Below the pieces are notes generated by a model that saw only the letters and a list, made by a program, of their open reading frames with translations, had not been told where the DNA came from and did not search any database. Made by a program: the position numbers and the translations under genes. Shown here piece after piece: positions 13,001-24,989 of a stretch of 64,000 nucleotides of DNA. Source of the stretch: Octopus bimaculoides (Eukaryota); assembly GCF_001194135.2 (NCBI RefSeq), contig NC_068994.1, positions 21,326,807 to 21,390,806 of the forward strand, written 5' to 3'. Each line of letters begins with the position of its first letter. Position 1 is the stretch's first letter.

Positions 13001-14783
13001 TTTTTTTTTTTTTTCATCAGGCATCAATTTGAATATTAATCATAGTGAATTTAACATTTGTAAAGAACTACAAATTTTCTGATACTGATAGCTTAGCTGA
13101 CAGTGGAGATAACGTCATGTCTGGATTTTGTTAGCAGCTTGGCCATTTTATAGTAACTGTGTGTGTTTCTGGCAGCACAATTTGAGAATAAATCCCATCT
13201 AATACAAGTACACATAAATACACAAACATTTAATAGATGCATGTATGTGTTTGTACTATAATGACAATAGTACACAAATGATCCTTAACTTACTGGAGAA
13301 CTGGATATGTCTAAACTAAAATAGTTTGTTGTTTGGTTTTAAGTTGATTAAATGATTACTGGAGAAGGATGTAGTTGTATTAGTCATTGTTGTTCAGCTC
13401 CAGGTTAAACCTGATTGAGTAGACCAATGATCAAAAGCATTGGAAACATGACAATCCCATCATTTTAAAGGGTATCCAGGACTATGTTATCTAGTGTCTT
13501 TCTATTTTTTAAGATGATAGAGGTGTGATTTGGGGAAGATTTAGCTGCGATTTCTAGCAGGTTGAGTACCTGCATAGAGGCCCTCTCATTGGCTTGTGTT
13601 GTATTAGTAATGATTGTAGGAGTAGCAGCAATATTGATTGTAGTTGCAGTAATAGTGATTGCAGTAATGCAGTAGTAATAGTAATAATAGTGTTGTTGTT
13701 GTTGTGGTGGTGGTGATTGTAGTACTATTAATTATCCCAAAATCCAAAAAGCAATTAATCAACCACAGAAACAAGTTAGTAGCAATAAATATATAGATAC
13801 AATAAAATAAAATATATCCAGACAACAGAGCATAGCAATAAGTTAAACTACAGCAAATACATCCACACAAAAAAATACAAAATATATAAATGAACATGAG
13901 ACAATCTAGCCCCAAAATAGAAACAATTTCTTGTGAAAAAACAATATTTTTGTTTCGATATCCATAAGAAAAATTCTCCTCTTTTACTTTACTTTTTGTC
14001 TGTCTGTCTGTCTCTCTCAATCTCTCCATGTTTCACTCTTGTAATACTGGTTGGTGTTGGGAGTAATACTTGTATTTTTGTGGTCACAAATTTAGTTTTA
14101 AGTTTTTATTTCTAAGTGTTAGTTTATTATTTTATCATTACTATTTTTATAAGAGTGAAAAGTAAGTGTACTAATATATGTGTGTGTGTATCAAAACAGG
14201 AGATTAGAAAATAAAATCTTTGGTATTATTTAAATAATTATTTGATTTTCTGTCTGAAAGAATTTCTAGTAGGAGTGGTTTTACGTGTTTCTCCTACATA
14301 CACAATTTTGTAACTCCTATAAGCAAATGAAACACGTGTAATGGTGAATAAACAGTACCAAAAATTCTTTTCCCAATTTATTGTTTTGATATGTAATTAC
14401 TCTACAAAAAACATTTTCCAGTATTTTTCAACTCCTATGTAACATCTACATACAACTTTGGAGTATTGAAATAAGCAGATGTGCTTCAAGAGGACACAGC
14501 TTGGATTATAACCCTTTCTACATAATAAGTGTGTGTGTGTGTGTGTTTGTGTGTGTCTGTGTATGCATATGTGTACACATACACAGACACACACAACTTA
14601 ATCCTTCAGTCTGATGATGACTAGTAAGCTGAAGCTTTAAAGTAATTGCAACCTTACTGTGTGAAAATAAAATAAATATGTTACTCTACTGAAAGATATT
14701 GAGTGATCCTTCAATTTAATTTTTGACTATGTTTGTAAGCAACTATACACAAAAACAAAACACACACACACACATACACACAC

Positions 14784-15112
14784 GCGAAGGTACATGGCTC
14801 AGTGGATAAAGTAACGAACTTACGACCGTGAGGTTGTGAGTTCGAATCCTGGACCGGGCTGCATGTTGTGTTCTTTATTTCAAGTTGCTCCAGTTCACTC
14901 AGCTGTAGAAATGAGTTGTGACATCACTAGTGCCAAGCTTGTCACTAGTCACTAGTGCCTTTCCCTTGGATAACATCGGTGGCGTGGAGAGGGGAGACCG
15001 GTATGCATGTGCGACTGCTGGTCTTCCATAAACAACCTTGCCCGGACTTGTGCCTGGGAGGGTAACTTTCTAGGTGCAATCCCATGATCATTCATGACCG
15101 AAGGGGGTTCTC
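14784..15112 (+). mobile_element. Full-length tRNA-derived SINE
   Basis: A box TGGCTCAGTGG (14795-14805), B box GTTCGAATCC (14840-14849), central ctccagttcactcagctg domain, flanked by (CA)n. Confidence 0.85.
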
Positions 15113-15116
15113 CGAT

Positions 15117-15150
<34 letters not shown>

Positions 15151-15700
15151 TGCCTCACTCCAATATAATACATTATATAATGTTACTATAGCATTCAAAA
15201 TTCTATACTAAAAAATACTACATAGACATTTTGCTTTTGGAATTGAACATTCCTGATAGGATACAAGTCTTTGTAAGAGGGCATGAGAGAAAGAACAAGT
15301 GGATGACAAAGAACATTTGTGAAATGATATAGGAGATGGGGTAAACTATACATGCATACCTATATATAAAGTGTTAAATTATAAGGATATGAAAATAGTA
15401 ATTCAATGGCATAGTAAATGAAAAAGTTCCAGTTGGTTATTAAGACCAAGTCATGAACTTCTCTAGCAGAGCAGCATAAATGCTAACACAATCATGTTTT
15501 ACGTGTTTATAAATAAGAGAGAAACAGCCTAGAAATATAAATGGCAATAAACCAACACAAAATATTAAAAAAAATTGAAAGGTACAATTTTGATGTTGTG
15601 GAATCCACATGACCCATAAAAATTATATCAATATGAAGACAAATCAATATATTTAATGTATAGAAAATTAATCAATGACTAATAATTTTCATTTTTCCAG

Positions 15701-15877
15701 CATGTATGGGAGTCATCTTTGGATATGCTTCTGTATTATTCTGACCTCCCCATACTTACCGAAATAATAATGAATGAATCTGTAAATATACAAGATTGTA
15801 TATTTACCGGCATGAGAAAAATAAAATTATTCATAGATTCAACGATTCAGAGATGCTTTCTGCATGAAAAACAAAAG
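15701..15877 (+). CDS. Putative internal exon of an unidentified plus-strand gene, 177 nt, phase 0-0: HVWESSLDMLLYYSDLPILTEIIMNESVNIQDCIFTGMRKIKLFIDSTIQRCFLHEKQK
   Basis: Branch-like gactaat plus ttttcatttttccag acceptor; perfect AAG|gtaagt donor; 59 open codons. No recognisable homology. Confidence 0.45.
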
Positions 15878-16594
15878 GTAAGTTAGTGTTAACAGCTTTT
15901 ATGAAAATAGATAATTTCATCAATACTAACTATGAACACTTTAAATACTTTCCAGTTATGAAATGAACATGATATATTTCTTCATACTGCTGAAACCACC
16001 TGATTCTGAAATACAGGTATGTTGAAGGATTATTTCTGTAATTCAACATAGACTATAGTCATTTTTGTTTGTAATTGATAGCATGGTCAGCTTGGGTTCC
16101 ATTACTTTCTCTGAGCATTCTGTTTGCTGAGAGAAGTTTCATGTTGTGACACCAATTGTAAATCCTAGTGTTTCTCTTTTTTTTTATTTATTAAAAGGAC
16201 ATAGAAAAGTGTTGTTGAATATGATGTTAGCTTAATCTCTTACTCACCAATATGGTAATTTTACAGAAAAAAGCAATCACACAAACCATCATTAAGTATT
16301 TTCTTTGCATGGGACCACAACTATAAAATTTCAATTTCTGTTGCTGGTTTTTGAAATCACAAGCAAGGAGAAAAGGTGACTGTGTGTATGAGAGAGAGAG
16401 AGAAAGAGAAAGAGAGAAAAATGAAAGAGAGTAATTTCTCTTTTCAGTTTTAATTTCTTAAAAATTTACAGCTCTCTAATTACCACTTCAGGACCAGGCT
16501 ATACTGATAGATAACAAGATGTAGGAAACAATTTTGTTACATTCATAGAACTTCCATTTAGAAAGCAGTTATGAGAAAGTTAGCACCTGATTCC

Positions 16595-16653
<59 letters not shown>
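16595..16653. repeat. Compound (AAT)n(AAC)n microsatellite
   Basis: Direct reading. Confidence 0.95.
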
Positions 16654-16655
<2 letters not shown>

Positions 16656-16824
16656 ATAAAGCTATGTCACAGTTAGGGAGGTGCAAATTTTAGAACCCAC
16701 AAGCCTAAAGTCCAATCCAATAACAAGTTACCTCTATTCACTCAGCCATTGCACATTTAAAAATAGTAATAAACAGCTTGCATCTTTTGAATACTCAATG
16801 GTCATCTTTTTATATCTTTTTCAG

Positions 16825-16898
16825 GTACACATTATGTGTAGAAGAAAGTTATAATAACAGCTGCACCCATACACATAGCTCAAATGCATTAAAATAAA
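16825..16898 (+). other. Putative terminal exon of the plus-strand transcript (VHIMCRRKL* then AATAAA)
   Basis: Acceptor catctttttatatcttttttcag|GTA; in-frame stop at 16852-16854 if joined to 15877; ATTAAA/AATAAA at 16888-16898 followed by a T/GT-rich tract. Confidence 0.35.
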
Positions 16899-17329
16899 AA
16901 AAAATGATTGAACATTTGTTTAGATGTGAATTTCTCTTTTTGTTTGCCTACTTTGGCTTTTTTGTAATTTTTTTTTCACAAAAAGGAGACCCCACCCACC
17001 TTTCTTTTTAAAGTTTATTTATTTAAATAATGCAGTTCAAAATAAGCGGAATTTAAAAATATAGTTAAGAATAGTTGAATTTGACAGCAACATTCCATGG
17101 AATGATTTATTTATACTTTGGGGTAAGTGGGGCATGCAAATAGTAGACGTTAAAATTTTTAAATTTATTTGTTGAGGAACTAATTAGTATATGTGTGTGC
17201 ATTATGAAAAATTAGTCGATTAGTCATAATAAAAATATTAGTCTCTTATATAGGCATGAAGTCTGAGATTTTTAGGGAGTAGGAGAACTGGGGAGTTGTG
17301 ATGCTTAAGCCTTTCACAAGTAATATAAA

Positions 17330-18410
17330 TGAAGTTAAAACACTTCCAGCCAGGAATAGAAACCATATCCTAAATAGGGCTTGTGTGGTAAAGTAGGAGT
17401 GCTGCTGATTAACACTTTGCGTATTCATTGTATTAATTCTGAAGAGATGAAATGCAAAATGAATGCCAGTAAGATGTGAACAAAAAACATTTGAATGTAA
17501 TAAATACAAGGCATTTTGTCCCGTGTTCAAATGTATTCTGTCAATCCACTACCTTAACAACAAGAATGGTAATAGTAAGAATATTAAGAATTCTTTATAA
17601 TTTTGGCACAAGGTCAACAATTTTGATGGGAAGGGGCATGTTGATTACATTGACCCCAGGACTTGAATACTACTTTATTTTATTGACCTTGAAAGGATGA
17701 AAAGTAAAGTTGACCTAAGCAGAATTTGAACAAGACAATAAAGTGCAAGAAGTGCTAAGCATTTCGTCTGATGCAGTAATGATTTCTGTTAGCTCAAAAT
17801 TACTGAATTACGAAGAGACAAACTCATATTTTAAGATAGAGTGGAGATGATTAAATCTACACCAGTATTTGACTGGTAGTTAAGATGAAAATTTAGAAGT
17901 CCATCCTGGAAGGATTTGAACTTGGAATATAAAGTGGAGTTACTGAATACCAGAGGACATTTTCACCAGCACTCCATTAACTCTGCCAATTCACTGCCCT
18001 ATCAATAACAATATCAATTATAACATAATCTAAAGCCGGAACATTGTTATTAGGAAGATAAGGTCAAGTAAATCACCTAGAATTTGGTTGGTTCTTTTTT
18101 TATCAATTCTAGAAGAATGAAAGGAAAAGTTGACATTCACAGGATTTCACCTCAGAAAGTAAATACCATGAGGTATTTTGACTGCCTTCTATTGATTCTA
18201 TAATTTCAAATTTGGCACAATGCCACAGATTTTTGGGAGAAAAGACAATTAAAATCATCCCCAGTATTACTTCAGTGGTACTTATCAAGCTCAAATAGAC
18301 GGAAGCAAAGTTGACCCTGGCAGAATTTGAACTCAGAACATAAAAGGATTTAATTAAATATTGCAAGGCATTTTGTCTGGCATTTGACTAGTTCTACCAC
18401 TCACTGCCTT
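17330..18410 (-). mobile_element. Head-to-tail cluster of 4-5 diverged copies of one tRNA-derived SINE family
   Basis: Repeated tgaaaggatgaaa(a/g)g(t/c)aaagttgacc..gcagaatttgaact..gcattt motif near 17.45k, 17.7k, 17.9k and 18.3k. Confidence 0.7.
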
Positions 18411-19639
18411 AGAATAATAATAATAATAATAAAAGGGGAATGATAAATGTTAATCAATAAAAGCCCTTTAACTGAATCAATAAGCAAAGGGCTATTTTCT
18501 AAACAACAACATCAACAACAACAGGTTTTCAACCAGAGAAGGACCAGGACTAATCTAAACTAGTCAATTCACATTGGTCTATACTACACATTGTGGACAT
18601 TTTGTAGAAAATAAAAGTAAAAAATAACATTAGAAATATCCAACTGCACATAAAAGAGTTGTTAAAAAAGTGAAAAAGAGTGAAGATAATAAAAGTGCAA
18701 GTACACACATGTTTCAAAATACTTGTTAATTTTTATAAAAAGAAATTTATTTTGTGTAAGCAGAAAAGAAGGGGGAAAGAATTATATTTACATAGATATG
18801 TGCAAGAAAGTACCCGTACAACTAAGCAGAGTCTACTCTAGGGTAAATTCCAAGTGCTCAGTTACTTTTCCATTTGGCCAGCAACATCTTAACAGTCAAT
18901 TCATTATTTAAGGATACTATAATATTCTTAGCCTACATATATAATAAATATGTGTGTGTGTGTGTGTGTGTGTAGTTTCAACAGCAAGTTGGCAGTAAAA
19001 TTAACAAAGTAAAAAATATTCTAAATTCTTAAAATTGCTACAATGGTTGCAAAAAAGCCAAAAGAAATAGAATCATTTCTTTTCTGGAGGAAAATAATAA
19101 ATTCTTGTCAAATATAAATAAGGCTTCATGAAGGAGAAAATGAGATAATATGACATTCATGACTTTCTCAAAGGCATTAGCTGTATAAATGGCTTTAACA
19201 AACAAAACTAGGTCTTCTATATAGCTTGCCACATTGACAATAAAAATATCATCTTTTGATGATGCAGAAGGCCAACTTTGAAAAGAGAAGTCAATTAAAT
19301 GAAGTTCAGAATATTGACAATTCTTAAATTTAACATTCTAGAATGTTGAAATAACAAAGCTGGCTTTAGCAGAGTTTGACTTCAGAATATCAAGATACTA
19401 AACTAGACACTAGTTTAGCCCGCACCATTTGTGCTAATTTCTCTGCTGTATCAAATTCTACAAAAGTTTATATTGACAATAAATTCATTTTAATTGAAAT
19501 TTTAATTACATTCAATGAAAATAAACAACCAGGTCTTTATCTGAAATATTCAGATGAAAAATGTCCTTAATATATAATACAATATGATAATACAACAGAG
19601 AATCCTGTATGTATATGTATTTTATATATATTTACAAAT

Positions 19640-19641
<2 letters not shown>

Positions 19642-19692
<51 letters not shown>
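19642..19692. repeat. (GT)n microsatellite
   Basis: Direct reading. Confidence 0.95.
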
Positions 19693-19694
<2 letters not shown>

Positions 19695-21129
19695 GATATA
19701 TATGCATCTTCTGATGCAATGAATTTTTGAATATTTATAATGTCTAAAGGGTAACTTTGTGTTATAAAAAAGATATTGTTTTACCTGAGGACTTGCTAAG
19801 CTGCCTGGTTAGTAATCATACAACAGTTGTACCTAAAATACTCAAACTACACACATACACATACACACAATGTAACCAGTCAGAGCAAAGAATAATTGCA
19901 AGCACAAGACAAAAAGGGGAGAATATATTCCATTACCCTTAAGGGATAGGATTAAAATAACAGACTTTCCAATATAATTCTGGATGCCACATACTCATGT
20001 TTAAAAGAAAGAAAAATGACAACAGAAAATATTCCCAAAGAGGGTCTAGTGAAGAATAGGAAAGCAGAAAATGTTGGAATGATTTTTAACATTTAATAGA
20101 TAATGTAGAGATTTATTCATATACTCAAAAATATATGTACATGCATACACATATAATCATAAGTTTCATCTAGGATTGGGGGGGGGGGGTAATCTTTGCA
20201 GGGTCATTACTCAGTCCCACTTACAGAGACCAATCCTAACTTCTTGTCTGCCAGAGAGAAAGTGGAATTCAGAAATACCCAGTGAAAAGGAGGAAAAAAA
20301 AAATTGTAGAGAAAGAAAATGATGGGGTGGTGGAAAGGGGTTGTGTGAAAGCAGAGAATGATAATACTCCTGCATTGTGCTAATACCGACTCACTAAAAA
20401 CAGAGTGAAATACGCTCAGTTTTGTGAAAGTTAGTAAATGGTAGCGATGGTATTGGTTAGCTTAGTCTGCACAGAATGGCAAAAATATGCACTAGTTACA
20501 ATGATGGAGATTGGAAGGTCAAGCAGAGAATTAAGGACAGGAGGATACAGGCAGATGATTAGTGCAAAAGAAGGACTGAAAATGGCATTAAAATAGCAAA
20601 AAGTTAAAAGTAAAGGAGGGAAACAGAGAGAAAAAGAAATTTCACTGAGATCATGTCATCCACTTGATTTGGTTGATGAGATTTAATATCCTACAAACAA
20701 TTATAAGCAAGAAAATAAAGGTTGAGGCTTTTAAACCCACCAATTAAAATATAGAGAAAAACAATAAATCTATCACACAAGATACAATTGTTTGGAATCT
20801 CAGAAAATTGAAGGTGGAAGTATTAATAATATTTAGTCTCTGAAAATATTTTGTTACACTTTTCTCTGTGTGTATATGTGCACACACGTATATGTAGAAC
20901 TATACATACATATACATATATTATGTATATATGGTTTTCTTCTTTCTTTTTATTAAGTTTCATATGTAAAGCAATCTAGATTCACATAGAAAAGGCTATA
21001 TGTTTATTAGCAAAACTTATTTCATTCTTTTAAAAGAGTTATTTAGTAATGTATTAATAATAAAATTTCTAACAGAGCTCAAACTATGGTGAAACAACAT
21101 TAATAAATTATGGTGAAAAAGTATACTCA

Positions 21130-21460
21130 ATTAAATCGAGATCATTATTGAGCTGGTACTTATTTATTGGCCTTGAAAGAATGGCAGGCAAGGTTTCATG
21201 GGATTTGAAGACAAAACACAAAGAGATGTAATTAGATTCTGTCAGGCATTTAATTTGTCACTACTGTTTTTGTTGTTCACTGGCTTTTTCGTAATTATAC
21301 CAATACAATTATTTCTAATTTTGGCATGAAGCTTTGGGGAAGGGAAATGTCAAAATGTCAATATCCAACCTGGATATAATTGGTATTTGTTTTATTGACT
21401 ATAGTAATACAAATGGCAAAGTTGGCAGGATTTAAATTCAGAATGTCAAGAAACTAAAAA
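21130..21460 (-). mobile_element. Two diverged copies of the same SINE family
   Basis: ctggtacttatttattggccttgaaagaatggcaggcaagg and ggcaaagttggcaggatttaaattcagaatg. Confidence 0.55.
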
Positions 21461-22882
21461 CTAGCATAGCATATCATCTGGTGCTGTACCAGTTTGTGAT
21501 TGCCACATTACCAATGTTAATGATAATAAACAAATCTCTATGTAAAGAAATTAAAGACAAAACAATTAGAATTACTATTTGTTTTACTAAACCATAATAT
21601 TTGTTTACCAAAAGAGAAAAGGAATAAAAATAAGTCAAATAAAGAGGAAAAAAAAAAGTAAGTTGAACTTTAGCATATGGAGAGGTTGATAAAAATGAAA
21701 TGAAAATTAACATTCAAGCTTTTCCCAAGTAAAGTACCTAAGCATCATCCAGAAAATTAAGGCCAGGCTAAACACACTTAGCTGCTCATAGTTTACTTCT
21801 ATGACACATTCACCTGGTCAAATCCAAAATGAAACTAGTTCATGGCTAACACATGTCAAATGGAAGTGGAGGGGTTAGAATATTAGTGGTAACAGCATTA
21901 ATAGATGGACATACATAAATATTAAAGAGATTTAAAATAATTTATTAAAGAAGGATTCTTTTTCTTTTTAAGGGTTTCACAAAATATACTGAGACTAGTG
22001 ACAAAGGAAGGTCATGAAGGTTCATAGCAATTAAAAGATTGCAGTGAGATATTGATGCTGAGACTGATTATGAGATGGGGTTGTGTAGTGATATGAGGGA
22101 TCCTATGAGAGACAATGAAGAGAATTAATGAGTTAATGAAAATGACTGAGCTAAGAAAACATATAGTCTGCTAATCACAAGCAGCATGCTTGACTGTTGT
22201 TACTGCAAGGAAAAATACATTCATCTATCTGTTTATATATGCATGCACATATTAATATATGCATATATATATATATATATATTATTTTGCTTAAAAGAGT
22301 TCCAACACTGTCTGTTTTTTATGTTTTATTTATATTCCTGCCGAACTAATGTGGGGTATAGAATATGGAATATACAATATACAATATANNNNNNNNNNNN
22401 NNNNNNNNNNNNNNNNNNNNNNNNNNNNNNNNNNNNNNNNNNNNNNNNNNNNNNNNNNNNNNNNNNNNNNNNNNNNNNNNNNNNNNNNNNNNNNNNNNNN
22501 NNNNNNNNNNNNNNNNNNNNNNNNNNNNNNNNNNNNNNNNNNNNNNNNNNNNNNNNNNNNNNNNNNNNNNNNNNNNNNNNNNNNNNNNNNNNNNNNNNNN
22601 NNNNNNNNNNNNNNNNNNNNNNNNNNNNNNNNNNNNNNNNNNNNNNNNNNNNNNNNNNNNNNNNNNNNNNNNNNNNNNNNNNNNNNNNNNNNNNNNNNNN
22701 NNNNNNNNNNNNNNNNNNNNNNNNNNNNNNNNNNNNNNNNNNNNNNNNNNNNNNNNNNNNNNNNNNNNNNNNNNNNNNNNNNNNNNNNNNNNNNNNNNNN
22801 NNNNNNNNNNNNNNNNNNNNNNNNNNNNNNNNNNNNNNNNNNNNNNNNNNNNNNNNNNNNNNNNNNNNNNNNNNNNNNNNNN

Positions 22883-22927
<45 letters not shown>

Positions 22928-23413
22928 CATATATAAGTAGATGTATACACACACACATATATATATGCACATACACATATGTATGTATATAGTAATCTGT
23001 ATATCATACTTAAAGCAGATATATCATTGAAAGCCTGCTAAACTGTAGTATTCATCTCAAGAAAGCATCTTTTATAGATGTATAATGTTAAAAACAAAAA
23101 TATATAAACAGCAGATGAAAATTGTATATGCATATATGTATGTATCTATGTGTGTGTGTGTGCATCTATGTGTGGGAGTTTGTGTCTCCTTTTCTTGACA
23201 ACATGTAATAGCTGTAAACACGGTCACCATCATTTGAGTGTTGTTCATTTCCAATCTTCTAATGGAAATATATCCAGCAATGAGAAAATACTTTGCTTGG
23301 AAACAGGTGAAGATTGGTGACAGGAAGGGAGTCCGGTTGTAGAAAATCTACCTCAATGAAATCTGTCTGACGACCAACACAAGCTTGGAAAAGTGAAAGA
23401 TAAAAAAAATGAT

Positions 23414-23453
<40 letters not shown>

Positions 23454-23522
23454 TACACATACATCTATATATGCATATATGTATGGGTGTATGTTTACCT
23501 GTGTCCATGGGCNNNNNNNNNN

Positions 23523-23555
<33 letters not shown>

Positions 23556-23591
23556 GTATACCTATACACATACGCATGCATATACACACAT

Positions 23592-23627
<36 letters not shown>

Positions 23628-23725
23628 GTATTACCTGTTTCACCTCCATGGAGTTATATATATATATCATAGCAATAATCTTTTCAAGTAATGTGGCATT
23701 TAAGCCTGCATGTGTGTGTGTGTGC

Positions 23726-23764
<39 letters not shown>

Positions 23765-24499
23765 CCTGTGTTTGTTTATATTTGCTTTCTATGAAAGTCC
23801 CTACAAATGGTGGTGTGATTTCTCCTGTCAGAAACGAATCTTCCGCTTACTTCAAAGGTGCATGAAATAAAAGATTTCTTACTTGAAAAGCATGTAAGGG
23901 TTAGTAAAAGGAAGGACATTCTGGTTGTAAAAGAATGTCTTAATAATATACACACATTAGTTACGTATTTTGGCTAATTATGGAATACCTAATCAAGATT
24001 TGCCTATACAGCAATCATATGACATGTAACTTTGGAATTATACTTCTACCACCATGGGTAATATCAAGAAATATAGCATACATACAATAACTTTAATGTA
24101 AGTTTTATCAAATTACTTGGTGTTAATATAAATTTTAAAAATATTTATTACCTTAACATGAAATTAAATTTCTCATTTATATAACTCATATTTTGTGGCC
24201 TGTGATTCTTTCTCTCTCATTATGTATATGTATGTGCTGCATTTTTTTACACTTTGCCTGCCACCAAGCCTTGTATGTGGACTCATACTGCAGGTATTAT
24301 GCTCTATCTGTATTTGTCATTTACTTTCTACCCTCTCTATATACAATGTCAAGTGTGGCTGCAGAAATTACCCAAACACCTTTTACATGCACTATTATTA
24401 TATATATTATGTATGCCCATTATTTTACATAAGTATAATTTATATCTATCTATCTGCATATAGAAATAGGTGCAAGCATGAGTGTGTGACAAAGTTTGC

Positions 24500-24632
24500 T
24501 TTCCCATTAAATATTTTAATGTTCAGTCCTACTGTGCAAGTGTCTTTTACTATAGTCCCATATCAACAAAAGCTTTGTGAGTAAATTTAGTAGATGGAAA
24601 CTAAAAAGAAGCCTGCATGTGTGTGTGTGTGC

Positions 24633-24673
<41 letters not shown>

Positions 24674-24920
24674 NNNNNNNNNNTATATATATATATATAC
24701 ATACCTGTGTTTGTTTATATTTGCTTTCTATGAAAGTCCCTACAAATGGTGGTGTGATTTCTCCTGTCAGAAACGAATCTTCCGCTTACTTCAAAGGTGC
24801 ATGAAATAAAAGATTTCTTACTTGAAAAGCATGTAAGGGTTAGTAAAAGGAAGGACATTCTGGTTGTAAAAGAATGTCTTAATAATATACCTGTCTAACC
24901 CATGCTAGCATTGAAAACAA
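24500..24920 (+). mobile_element. SINE with microsatellite core and RTE-like 3' tail
   Basis: Head motif gatggaaactaaaaagaagcctg shared with 48810-48925 and 57950-58105; tail tgtctaacccatgctagc shared with the RTE 3' end. Confidence 0.6.
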
Positions 24921-24947
24921 TTGTAGAATGAAAAAATAAATACAGAA

Positions 24948-24989
<42 letters not shown>

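Noticed and set aside
13093-13198. Possible minus-strand terminal exon WDLFSNCAARNTHSYYKMAKLLTKSRHDVISTVS*
   Set aside because: Weak acceptor within TG-rich sequence, no linked upstream exon, no homology.
14784-14850. tRNA-like A/B boxes (also near 51700, 48900 and 58080)
   Set aside because: They continue into SINE bodies and lack a full cloverleaf and acceptor stem, so they are SINE heads and not tRNA genes.
16248-16320. Possible minus-strand exon MQRKYLMMVCVIAFFCKITIL with TTG|gtgagt donor
   Set aside because: Weak acceptor; joining to 15859 gives a stop after 6 codons; insufficient support.
19335-19350. Heat-shock-element-like TTCTAGAA
   Set aside because: Only two perfect nGAAn units and no promoter evidence.
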